Part shown: positions 1 to 8,410 of the stretch, one piece after another
Layout: each line of letters opens with the position of its first letter
How positions within the stretch are numbered: position 1 is the stretch's first letter
Source: Rubripirellula sp.
GTDB taxonomy: Bacteria > Planctomycetota > Planctomycetia > Pirellulales > Pirellulaceae
Direction: 5' to 3'
Assembly (NCBI GenBank): GCA_965216875.1
Contig: OZ244207.1
Span: 2,848,001 to 2,912,000 of the forward strand
DNA length: 64,000 nt
Program-made: the position numbers and the translations under genes
The notes under the pieces: model-generated
Databases searched by the model: none
What the model was told of the DNA's origin: nothing
The model's input: the letters and a program-made list of their open reading frames with translations, nothing else

Positions 1-870
1 GGGGCTTCGTTCCCAAATGCTCAGAATGTCGAACCGATCGTCGGCGGCGAAATCGATGAAATCGGTGCGATCGCCAACAACACTCCGGGTGACGGATCGC
101 GCCAAGTCTTGGCAACGGTTTCGATGACGCCAACGGCAGCAGGCGAGCTGACGGTCTCGACCAACCAAGCCGATCAACTTCCGCTACATGAGTTTGGACT
201 CTTTGGTTACAACAACCCGGTTGATCCCGAAGACATTCTTTACGGTTCAGCCAGCTTGACGATTGTTGCCGGCAATGCCGCCCCAATCGCCAACGATGAT
301 GCAACAAACCTGTTCCACACGGCGGGGCCAACCTTGATCGATGTCCTCGCTAACGACACAACCGAAGCGGGCGAAACGCTGTCGATCTCTTCGCTGTCCA
401 ACGCGGCACAGGCGGGCGGAACGTTCGAGATCATCGACGGACAAGTTCGCTTCACGGCCGAACCAGGGCACTATGGCGCCATCTCGACCGAGTACACGAT
501 CGATGACGGCAACGGCGGAGAAGCAACAGCGAACCTGACCGTCAACGTGGCCAAACAGTGGCATTTGACATCCGCGCCTCACGACACCAACGATGACGGA
601 TCGGTTTCTCCGCTCGATGCCTTGAGAATCATCAACGCAATCACGCGCCAAGACGGAGCCTTCGCTGCCGAAGCGGAACCCGAAGGCCCGCTCGGTGACA
701 TCGAGTACTTCTTGGACGTCAACGATGACGGGCAGGTCACGGCACTCGATGCGTTGCAGGTGATCAACGAGCTCGCCCGAATCAACAATGCAACGCCAGA
801 AGCACAAGATGACGCACTCATGCTACTGATGCTCGAAGACGAGGCCGAATCTCGCTCACTCCTGTTCTAA
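1..870 (+). CDS. 5'-truncated extracellular protein: Ig/cadherin-like (Big_9-type) domain plus planctomycete dockerin-like repeats
   Basis: Frame is open from base 1. Contains NAAPIANDD..IDVLAND and ..EYTIDDGNGG Ig-like motifs, then two DxNDDGxV(S/T)xLDALxxIN dockerin-type repeats. Confidence 0.85.
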   Translation, partial: GASFPNAQNVEPIVGGEIDEIGAIANNTPGDGSRQVLATVSMTPTAAGELTVSTNQADQLPLHEFGLFGYNNPVDPEDILYGSASLTIVAGNAAPIANDDATNLFHTAGPTLIDVLANDTTEAGETLSISSLSNAAQAGGTFEIIDGQVRFTAEPGHYGAISTEYTIDDGNGGEATANLTVNVAKQWHLTSAPHDTNDDGSVSPLDALRIINAITRQDGAFAAEAEPEGPLGDIEYFLDVNDDGQVTALDALQVINELARINNATPEAQDDALMLLMLEDEAESRSLLF

Positions 871-896
871 GGCGTGCGCGTGAGCATCGAAACGAA

Positions 897-1596
897 CCAC
901 TGATCCGCATTCACAGAACACCAGCGTCCCCAGACGGAAACAACTTCCATCGAGTGTTCGATTCCGCGGGTCAGTGCCCAAACTTGTGAATCATGGAATG
1001 AGTTCCGGAAATATAGAACCACTAATCAGCACTCATCGAACACTGATCACACCAAGCGGGAAGGCACCTCATCAGTGTTCGATTCCTAGGATTAGTGTTC
1101 CCCAACACGATCCACGGTTTCAAAGAATTCATAATGAGATGCGCAGAGCGGTGCGATTCCGAAGATGTAAAGCCACTAATAAACACTCATCGAAAACTAA
1201 TCACGCCAAGCAAGAGAACCCCTCATTAGTCTTCCAAAACACGATCCACGGTTTCTAGGGCTTCGAAAAAGAGATGGCGTTGAGGGATGAGCTTTCGAAG
1301 ATGTGAAACCACTAATCAACACTCATCGAACACTGATCACGCCAAGCAGATGCACACCTCATCAGTGTTCGATTCCAGGGATTAGTGTTCCAAAACACGA
1401 TGCAAGGATTCAGGGGCTTCGAAAAAGAGATGGCGTCGAGGGACGAGCTTTCAAAGAAGTGAAACCACTAATCAGCACTTATCGAACGCTGATCCCACCA
1501 AGCAAGACCACGCCTCATTAGTGTTCGATTCCTAGGATTAGTGTTCCCAAACAAGCCCGGCTCACTTTCGTCATCTGCGTTCGACGGTTAGTCTTC
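897..1596 (+). repeat. Tandem array of hairpin-forming ~155-bp units (4 clear units, 1 degenerate unit, 1 degenerate right half)
   Basis: CCACT(A/G)AT unit starts at 897, 1019, 1173, 1309 and 1465. Core is CACTAATC..ATCGAACACTGAT-loop-ATCAGTGTTCGAT..GATTAGTG. Linkers CACGAT..GAGATG..GAAGATGT are also repeated. A degenerate right arm lies at 1571-1596. Confidence 0.95.
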
Positions 1597-1637
1597 AGGA
1601 ATCACCGTTCACTTCGCATCTACATCGGGGCAGAAAG

Positions 1638-2006
1638 ATGTTTAAACAGGAAGGTTACGAACTCATGGGGGCGGCTTTTGAAGTGTACAACGTCCTGGGA
1701 TTCGGTATGGCTGACGAGGTCTATCAACAAAGCCTTGAGTTCGAATTGGGATTGAGGAACATCCCGTTCGTCAGCAGAGGGGCGCTGAGGGTCAGTTACA
1801 AGAACCATGTCTTGAAAACGGTCTACCGGCCCGACTTGCTCGTACACGACGAGATCGTCGTCGAATTGAGAGCTGCCAAGACGATTGACTCGGAACATAA
1901 AGCCCAACTCTTCAACTACATGCGAGTCAGTGAGAAAAAGGTTGGGTACCTCATCAACTATGGCACGACCAAGGACCTCCAGTGGCAACGGTTCGTACTC
2001 ACGTAG
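1638..2006 (+). CDS. GxxExxY family protein (PD-(D/E)XK nuclease fold, PDDEXK_3-like)
   Basis: 122 aa with GAAFEVYNVLGFGMADEVYQ, RPDLLV..IVVELRA, AQLFNYM and GYLINYG, all typical of the family. Confidence 0.92.
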   Translation: MFKQEGYELMGAAFEVYNVLGFGMADEVYQQSLEFELGLRNIPFVSRGALRVSYKNHVLKTVYRPDLLVHDEIVVELRAAKTIDSEHKAQLFNYMRVSEKKVGYLINYGTTKDLQWQRFVLT

Positions 2007-2060
2007 TGCAACAGCCACGGCCGCTGAAACGCAAAGAGACGCCCATCGAACTGCGACCGA

Positions 2061-2909
2061 CTAGCTCGCGTCCTGATCGACGAGCGACTGTTGGAATGAT
2101 TTCCAGAACGAGCGATCCTTCTGGTATCGGAGTGGATCGATCTGGTTCTTGAAGTAGTCGAGATGTTCAATCCAATCCTTCGTCACTTGCACGTACGAAT
2201 AGTCGCTAGCCGCCATGGGATTGACGAAGTCGGGGCTTCCGGGCTCAGTCGTGCTGACGTAGCGTCCTTCGGCATCGACTTGAATGTTGGCCAACATCAC
2301 GGGCAGCTTCATCTGCAGCTCATAGATCATCCGTTCTCGAAGCGGCATCCCATCGGTCGCTTCGTCCCACGCCATCACCACCTCGCGCGGTGTCGTGCTG
2401 TCAGGAAACCGCAGTCCGTAGGCCTGCCCCGATTGTGTTAGGCCATCGTGGTTGATGTCGACTTGAGCAGCCATCGGAAGCAACAGGTTTAACGCACCTT
2501 CCTCGGAAAGCGAGTCAACTTGGATCGGGTCAGCAAGCCAATTTGCGTTTTGGACGACCTGCAATTCACTCGAGCTGAGTGAGCCAAGGAACGCTTTCGG
2601 ATCAACGTAGCCGCCTTCGCTGTAGGCTCGTCCAAGGAGTGAGCCGTAGGTCTGGCCGAGATCGTGTGGCGCTTCAGCGCTGGCGTAGCGACCGCCCAGC
2701 CTCTCGATTTGGTACCAGCTGTTCCATGAACTCTGAACAAGCTGGTCAAGTGGTTCGTTCGATTCAATGGACTCGGCTGATTCGAATCCGCTGCGACCGA
2801 CGTTCTCCAAGACCTCCGCAAAGACACCTTGGAGGTTTCGGTCCTCGTTTCTCCGCCGCTGCTCGATCGTCAAACCGCTCGTAGCCGAAGCGTCAACTCG
2901 CATGCCCAT
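2061..2909 (-). CDS. Conserved hypothetical protein with a DxNxDG (Ca-binding-like) motif
   Basis: 282-aa ORF with an upstream GGGGGA RBS-like sequence; LADPIQVDSLSEEGALNLL..VDINHDGL. Confidence 0.75.
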   Translation of the reverse strand: MGMRVDASATSGLTIEQRRRNEDRNLQGVFAEVLENVGRSGFESAESIESNEPLDQLVQSSWNSWYQIERLGGRYASAEAPHDLGQTYGSLLGRAYSEGGYVDPKAFLGSLSSSELQVVQNANWLADPIQVDSLSEEGALNLLLPMAAQVDINHDGLTQSGQAYGLRFPDSTTPREVVMAWDEATDGMPLRERMIYELQMKLPVMLANIQVDAEGRYVSTTEPGSPDFVNPMAASDYSYVQVTKDWIEHLDYFKNQIDPLRYQKDRSFWKSFQQSLVDQDAS

Positions 2910-3037
2910 TTGTCCCCCGTCGTTGATTTCGGTACACCCCTTATCGACCGACTTTCATCAACCGCTAAAGCAAGATCTTGCGGCTCTGTCGAGTCTCACA
3001 CATGCGTCTATCAAGCCTGGCAAGCCAGGAAGAATAG

Positions 3038-3517
3038 TTAACGCGAATCCAGATCCTCAGAGACCGACAACACCTGAGGCCTCGCCCTCTCAGGACGACC
3101 AGAATCGAACACCGACAGCTTGGCAAAGCGAGCAATCATCAAGCTGACCAAGAACAGTGGAACCAACACAAGTGCCATCGGTGATCCCCAATTGCACCAA
3201 GTGATCGCAGTCATCACGAAGGCAGACACCACCGGCCAGATCAACGAACCAATTCCACGTGGACGCTCCAGCCTCATGCCTCGCCTCAGCAAGCGAGTGT
3301 CGAAAAACCACTTAAAATCATCGATGGTGTCCCGACGCGCCAAGAAATACGACAACACAAAGAGCCCCAATATTGTCGAAGCTAAAAGTGCTAGCGCAGA
3401 AAAATTTAACACCGATGTCCCCAGACTGCATGAGCGTACCCTTGTAGGCCGAAACACGGACCATTCGGGTCGCGTTTTCACCTGGAGAATGCCGGCGGAA
3501 GGTCCGGCAGCTGTCAC
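3038..3517 (-). CDS. Small membrane protein (about 3 TM), start uncertain
   Basis: Three hydrophobic segments; fills the gap between co-oriented genes. Confidence 0.5.
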   Translation of the reverse strand: MTAAGPSAGILQVKTRPEWSVFRPTRVRSCSLGTSVLNFSALALLASTILGLFVLSYFLARRDTIDDFKWFFDTRLLRRGMRLERPRGIGSLIWPVVSAFVMTAITWCNWGSPMALVLVPLFLVSLMIARFAKLSVFDSGRPERARPQVLSVSEDLDSR

Positions 3518-3574
3518 ACACTCAAAGATGCCGGGAAACTCGGTGCGCCGCTCGAAGATCCGTTCGGTGGACGG

Positions 3575-3605
3575 ACGTTACTTTCGACGGAGCGAAAGCA
3601 ACAAT
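3575..3605. repeat. REP-like palindrome, family B (CTTTCG..GGAGCGAAAG)
   Basis: ACGTTACTTTCGACGGAGCGAAAGCAACAAT; the reverse complement matches the copies at 32145 and 47435. Confidence 0.8.
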
Positions 3606-4018
3606 TAGCTCGATTCCACGTCGGTCGGCGCTCGCGTGTCCTCATTGACAGTCACGTTTCCCTTTTCATCTATGGACACTTTGTCACCCACATTGAGTAT
3701 TCCGTAGTCCTCGTCATTGAAGAGGAAATGAACCTCTGTTTTGTTGAGGCTCTCGAGCTCGACCGTCAGGTCGTCACCGAAAGTGAACTTTGATTTGGCA
3801 GACGATTGCTCGGCGTCAAGGAAATTTGCATGAATCGTTTGCTCGCTGGTCACCCCTCCTGAATTCACGCTCACCGTAAAGTCAATTCCAAAAACCTGTG
3901 CGGTGCCAACGCCGCCACGACTGTCAACAAAGCCGCCCGACGTTGGAGGAATATCTGGTTCCGTGCTTCCACTGCATCCAACAAGTGACAGCAAAGCAAT
4001 CGCAATGACCTTCTTCAT
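3605..4018 (-). CDS. Putative lipoprotein
   Basis: MKKVIAIALLSLVG-C lipobox followed by a beta-rich acidic body. Confidence 0.8.
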   Translation of the reverse strand: MKKVIAIALLSLVGCSGSTEPDIPPTSGGFVDSRGGVGTAQVFGIDFTVSVNSGGVTSEQTIHANFLDAEQSSAKSKFTFGDDLTVELESLNKTEVHFLFNDEDYGILNVGDKVSIDEKGNVTVNEDTRAPTDVESS

Positions 4019-4099
4019 GGTTTTAGCATCCTGATGAGTTTCGTTTTGGGAACTATCGATACATTGTGGCTAAGGGAGAGCAATCCGACTCCGAAATGG

Positions 4100-4717
4100 C
4101 TACGCGATTCGACGATCGGGGCGTCCCATGGTCACGCGCTGCTGTGGCTCGGCGAAAAAGCGATCGTCTATTTCGTCGGCAATGAAAAAGAACGCGACGC
4201 TCGCGATCACACTCAGCAGAAACGCCACCAGCATTGTGGTGATCTCGGCGGCAACGGAATCAAGCTCTAGCACTCCGCGAAACACAAACGGCGCGGCGAC
4301 GCTCACCACGATGATGGCGGTCGTCGAAACACGATCCAGAAACCGCACACATGGGCCCTGCGGTCGCGCCGAGATCAAGCCAACGTCATTCAGGAAAACG
4401 TAGTCATCAGGCGTGCGAAAGACCTCTCCTTCATACCCGACAACGGTTGCCTTGAGTGCGTTGCCAAGTTCCAGCATGACTCCGATCACGTTATTCCGCG
4501 GATCGTCGTGCCGCAGCAAACCCTCGTTCGGATCATAGAGGATCGAAACCTCTGTGCATTCGACCGCCGCTGCATTTTCGTCTTCGGTTGCGGATAGGAG
4601 CGGACTCGCTTCGACCAATCGCTTCCACTCCTCCCTAGAAATTCGGCGCGACGGTCGAACCGGCTCTCGTCGCGCAATCGCCATCGGGTCACGAGTCAAG
4701 TAAATGGTGTAGCTCAT
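4100..4717 (-). CDS. Hypothetical protein with two C-terminal TM helices
   Basis: 205-aa ORF; soluble N-domain (MSYTIYLTR..ISREEW..A.VVG.EGE) then two hydrophobic helices. Confidence 0.7.
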   Translation of the reverse strand: MSYTIYLTRDPMAIARREPVRPSRRISREEWKRLVEASPLLSATEDENAAAVECTEVSILYDPNEGLLRHDDPRNNVIGVMLELGNALKATVVGYEGEVFRTPDDYVFLNDVGLISARPQGPCVRFLDRVSTTAIIVVSVAAPFVFRGVLELDSVAAEITTMLVAFLLSVIASVAFFFIADEIDDRFFAEPQQRVTMGRPDRRIA

Positions 4718-4740
4718 CGCTCGCCACGGCGTCTGAGGAT

Positions 4741-4926
4741 TCAGCCCTTCCCTTTGGGCAGATTCAACACGACAAGCAGGACTGCGCCAACGAGAACGGA
4801 ACCGATCCTAAAAGCGAGTTGGGCATTGTTCACGGCCGGGCCCTTCAGAAAAAGAAAACCGCCAAAGACGATCATCATCAGCGGAATAAACCACCGCAGA
4901 TTCAAAGTGGGTTGTTCATCGGCCAT
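4741..4926 (-). CDS. Small 2-TM membrane protein
   Basis: 61 aa with two hydrophobic helices; lies 24 nt upstream of the next co-oriented gene. Confidence 0.6.
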   Translation of the reverse strand: MADEQPTLNLRWFIPLMMIVFGGFLFLKGPAVNNAQLAFRIGSVLVGAVLLVVLNLPKGKG

Positions 4927-5108
4927 CGCGTCATCAATCGCTTTTGTCGTGGAAAAGCTTGGATCGATCCAAGGACACGCTCGCCCGCAAGCAAGTCATC
5001 GTTGCCCATTTGCCGAACCTTTGATGCAGGGTTCGGCTCCTTCTACGAAAAGTTCCGGCCTTTCGACGGTTCCGTTTCGAGGCGTCCCATTCTATCACGA
5101 CTGAGCAG

Positions 5109-5639
5109 ATGACGATGCGACGACTCTACAACTACGTTGGTCCCAAATCGATCGCCGAGGCAGTGCGCAATCAGCGAGGCGGCGTTCGAATCGCGTCCTC
5201 TGACGATCTTTGCGACTGGCTCGACGATAACGCTGCGCAGACAATCTCCGGTCGCAAAGTTCCCCAATCAGCCCGAACCTGGGTGGCGACCTACACGATC
5301 AATCCCGATGGGTTCCTTTACCTCGCACCGCGTCAATCGGAGCATGTCGCCTGCGCCAAAGGTGGTCCGGTTCTGTCGGCCGGAGAATTGAGGATCGATA
5401 CCCAGCGAGTTGTGATCGAAGTGTCCAACCAATCGACCGGCTTCTGTCCCGAGCCAGAATCGTGGCCCGCGGTTGATGATGCGTTGGACCGCGCGTGCAT
5501 CCAACACCCATCCTCATTTACGACCGAGGTGATTTTTCGCCGTTGTCCAAGCTGCGAAAACCGAAACCTCGTCAAGGACGGTTGGTTCTACTGCGGTGTA
5601 TGCGATCACGCATTACCAGAGCAATGGAATTTCGCGTAG
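5109..5639 (+). CDS. Conserved hypothetical protein with a C-terminal Zn ribbon
   Basis: YNYVGP, SEHVACA..GPVLSAGE and SNQSTGFCPEPESW motifs; C-terminal CPSC..CGVC. Confidence 0.8.
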   Translation: MTMRRLYNYVGPKSIAEAVRNQRGGVRIASSDDLCDWLDDNAAQTISGRKVPQSARTWVATYTINPDGFLYLAPRQSEHVACAKGGPVLSAGELRIDTQRVVIEVSNQSTGFCPEPESWPAVDDALDRACIQHPSSFTTEVIFRRCPSCENRNLVKDGWFYCGVCDHALPEQWNFA

Positions 5640-5786
5640 CAAACGGCACTTGGCACCAAACAGCAGTTCCAGATCCTGTCTCCGACAATCTGTCGCAGTC
5701 GACTTTTCCTCTCGAAATCGTTACACCATCGGGATCGGAGACGTTGGTCGCAACCGAGCAAGCCGGGCTCTTGGAGAGGATTCAAA

Positions 5787-7430
5787 TTGACTGAGCGAAA
5801 ACAGATCGTTGTGGTAGGCGGAGTTGCAGGTGGAGCCTCAGCGGCGGCGAGAGCGCGCCGAGTTGACGCATCAGCAAACATCATTCTTATCGAACGCAGT
5901 CCCGACGTTTCCTTTGCCAACTGCGGCCTTCCGTATCACGTGGGTGGCGAAATTGCATCGCGCGATGACTTGTTGGTCGCAACCCCCGAACTGTTTCGCC
6001 GGCGGCTGGGCATCGATGTTCGCACCAACACGGAAGCAACCTCTATTAACGCCGAAGCAAAAGTGGTGCACGTCAAAAACGAGGATGGCGTTGAGGCAAT
6101 TGCCTACGACAAGTTGATCCTGTCACCAGGAGCTGAACCGCGGCACCCACCCTTTCTTGATCGTCCTCTCGACAATGTGACCACCCTGTGGTCACTCTCG
6201 GATATGGATCGCGTGATTGCAGAAGTCGCGGACAAGCCCGATGCAAGAACGGTTGTGATTGGCGGCGGTTTTGTGGGACTGGAAGTTGCCGAACAGTTTG
6301 CTCATCGCGGCCTACCCTGCACGCTGATCCAACGGGGCGATCAGGTACTTCAGACGATCGATGCCGAAATGGCGGCGCCACTTCATGCCGCACTCCGCGA
6401 AGGTGGTGTCGAGCTCCGTCTCGGCGCCGATGTCAAAGCTGTGAAAACCGATGGGGATCGTGCTGTTGCCCTTGACCTTGGCGGTGAAGAAATCGCAGCC
6501 GACGTCATCGTAGTGGCGATCGGCGTTCGCCCCCGCACGCAGCTTGCGGAAAGTGCAAACCTCGAAATCGGATCGTCGGGCGGCGTGAAAGTCGACCGTT
6601 TCATGCGCACAAGCGATCCAGACATCTTTGCCGTTGGCGATAGTGCCGAATATCAACACGCATTGCTCGGGCCTTCACTCGTCCCATTGGCTGGTCCAGC
6701 AAACCGTTCCGGGCGAATCGCGGGAACGGTTGCAGCGGGCGGTGCGTCACCTGAAATGATCGACGTTCTAGGGACGAGTGTCGTTCGCGTCTTTGACCTA
6801 ACTGCAGCGAGCACGGGATTGAACCAGCGACAATGCGAAGCGGCAGGACTATCGTCTCGAGCTGCCTACATCGTTGCTCACGATCACGCCTCGTATTTCC
6901 CCGGCGCTGCCCCCGTGACACTCAAGCTTGTCTACGACGGCGACGGCAGGATCTTGGGCGCACAAGGAGTCGGACGCAAAGGTGTCGATAAACGAATTGA
7001 CGTGATCGCGACTGCGCTCGGGCATGGCGGGACCGTCCGCACTCTCGCAGGTGTCGATCTCGCCTACGCTCCACCCTTCGGAAGTGCCAAAGATCCCGTG
7101 CACATGGCGGCCTTCGTTGCCAGCAATGACCTGGACGGCTTCCCCAAAACACTTGCTCCCAATAGCGACCTCACCGGATACCAAGTGGTTGATGTGCGCA
7201 CCGACAAAGAACGCGCGGAGTTGCCGATTCACGGTGCGGAGAATGTGCTCGCAATCCCCATCGATGACCTGATCGCAAACGCCGACCAAGTCGATTCGAG
7301 ATTACCAACCGTCGCGGTCTGTCACAGCGGAAAGCGCGCACACGTTGCCGCATCGATCTTGCAAAGCTCTGGTGTAAAGGACGTTTTCAATTTGACCGGC
7401 GGCGCGATGATGAGAAGTCGGTTCTTTTAA
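5787..7430 (+). CDS. CoA-disulfide reductase / NAD(P)H persulfide reductase-like flavoprotein with C-terminal rhodanese domain
   Basis: GGVAGGASAA FAD motif, SFANCGLPY redox Cys, GGGFVGLE NAD motif, YAPPF, rhodanese DVR..CHSGKR; TTG start. Confidence 0.92.
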   Translation: MTERKQIVVVGGVAGGASAAARARRVDASANIILIERSPDVSFANCGLPYHVGGEIASRDDLLVATPELFRRRLGIDVRTNTEATSINAEAKVVHVKNEDGVEAIAYDKLILSPGAEPRHPPFLDRPLDNVTTLWSLSDMDRVIAEVADKPDARTVVIGGGFVGLEVAEQFAHRGLPCTLIQRGDQVLQTIDAEMAAPLHAALREGGVELRLGADVKAVKTDGDRAVALDLGGEEIAADVIVVAIGVRPRTQLAESANLEIGSSGGVKVDRFMRTSDPDIFAVGDSAEYQHALLGPSLVPLAGPANRSGRIAGTVAAGGASPEMIDVLGTSVVRVFDLTAASTGLNQRQCEAAGLSSRAAYIVAHDHASYFPGAAPVTLKLVYDGDGRILGAQGVGRKGVDKRIDVIATALGHGGTVRTLAGVDLAYAPPFGSAKDPVHMAAFVASNDLDGFPKTLAPNSDLTGYQVVDVRTDKERAELPIHGAENVLAIPIDDLIANADQVDSRLPTVAVCHSGKRAHVAASILQSSGVKDVFNLTGGAMMRSRFF

Positions 7431-7635
7431 TCCCCGTCCGTGCATCGGATCAACACCAAGCAATCGAGATTGAGAGAGCACAGTATTCAGAGCTCACGAC
7501 ACCGGTCGACTCTCGCATCGAGTACGCTGTCAGATTGGAATACCCAAACGGGGCGGTTTGGATTAACGTTGTCTCAACGCGGCCCCTTCCGATTTCTCCG
7601 CAAACAGAAGACTCGATTTTCAGGCCAACACCCGA

Positions 7636-8406
7636 ATGAGTGAATCTCGCCTAAGCGTCCTTGTGCCCGCGTTCAATGAGGAAAAGACGATCGGTGAAGT
7701 GTTGGGCAAACTCTTGGACTTGGGCGATCTCTTGCATGAAGTGATCGTCATCAACGACGGGTCGACCGATCGCACCTCGGACGTTGTGCGTCAGCACATC
7801 GAAACCGACTCCCGCATCCGGCTGATTGAACTTGAAAAGAACTCGGGAAAAACGGCAGCGATCCGGCGCGGCATTGCTGAGTTCACCGGTGAAATCATGA
7901 TCGTCCAAGACGCCGATTTGGAGTATGACCCAGCGGAAATCGGCGGAGTGATTGATCCAATCCTCTCGGGTCACGCTGACGTTGTGTATGGCAGTCGCTT
8001 CCTCGTCAGACGCGCCACGCGCGTCCTCTATTTCTACCACTACCTTGCCAACAAGAGCCTGACGTTTCTGTCGAACTTGCTCACCAATCGAAACATGACG
8101 GACATCGAAACATGCTACAAAGCATTTCGCAGTGAGGTAATCAAGCCGTTGGAACTCACGAGCAAGGGCTTTGGCATGGAAGTCGAGATTACAGCACTTG
8201 TGTGTAAGACCCACGCTCGAACGTACGAAGTACCGATCTCGTATCACGGACGCACTTACGACGAAGGGAAGAAGATCGGCATGAGTGACGGAATTGCCGC
8301 CCTCTGGTACATCTTCTACTACAACGTGATCGGTTCGCGAACGCGACGAGGCAAGCGGTACATCCAAACGGTCAACGAAAACCTAGGCAGCGACCGCGAT
8401 CACTAG
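7636..8406 (+). CDS. GT2 glycosyltransferase (DPM1/polyprenol-phosphate glycosyltransferase-like)
   Basis: VPAFNEE, NDGSTD, QDADLEYDP, VYGSRF and TDIETCYK motifs. Confidence 0.92.
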   Translation: MSESRLSVLVPAFNEEKTIGEVLGKLLDLGDLLHEVIVINDGSTDRTSDVVRQHIETDSRIRLIELEKNSGKTAAIRRGIAEFTGEIMIVQDADLEYDPAEIGGVIDPILSGHADVVYGSRFLVRRATRVLYFYHYLANKSLTFLSNLLTNRNMTDIETCYKAFRSEVIKPLELTSKGFGMEVEITALVCKTHARTYEVPISYHGRTYDEGKKIGMSDGIAALWYIFYYNVIGSRTRRGKRYIQTVNENLGSDRDH

Positions 8407-8410
8407 TCCG

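Noticed and set aside
974..1521. ORFs 974-1258 and 1303-1521 with repeated PLISTHRTLITPS peptides
   Set aside because: These are translations of the DNA repeat. Unit spacings of 154 and 136 break the frame, and conservation follows base pairing rather than codons.
897..1596. CRISPR or TIGR array interpretation
   Set aside because: Repeats of about 80 nt with homologous linkers, no unique 30-40 nt spacers, no short-period box C/D-like pattern, and no cas or Nop-domain gene in the window.
1620..2018. 132-aa antisense ORF over the GxxExxY gene
   Set aside because: Shadow ORF; the + strand protein carries the family motifs.
2941..2970. Possible sigma-28 promoter (GTCGATAA on the - strand) upstream of 2909
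   Set aside because: The -10 is near consensus but the -35 and spacing fit poorly, so it is not supportable.
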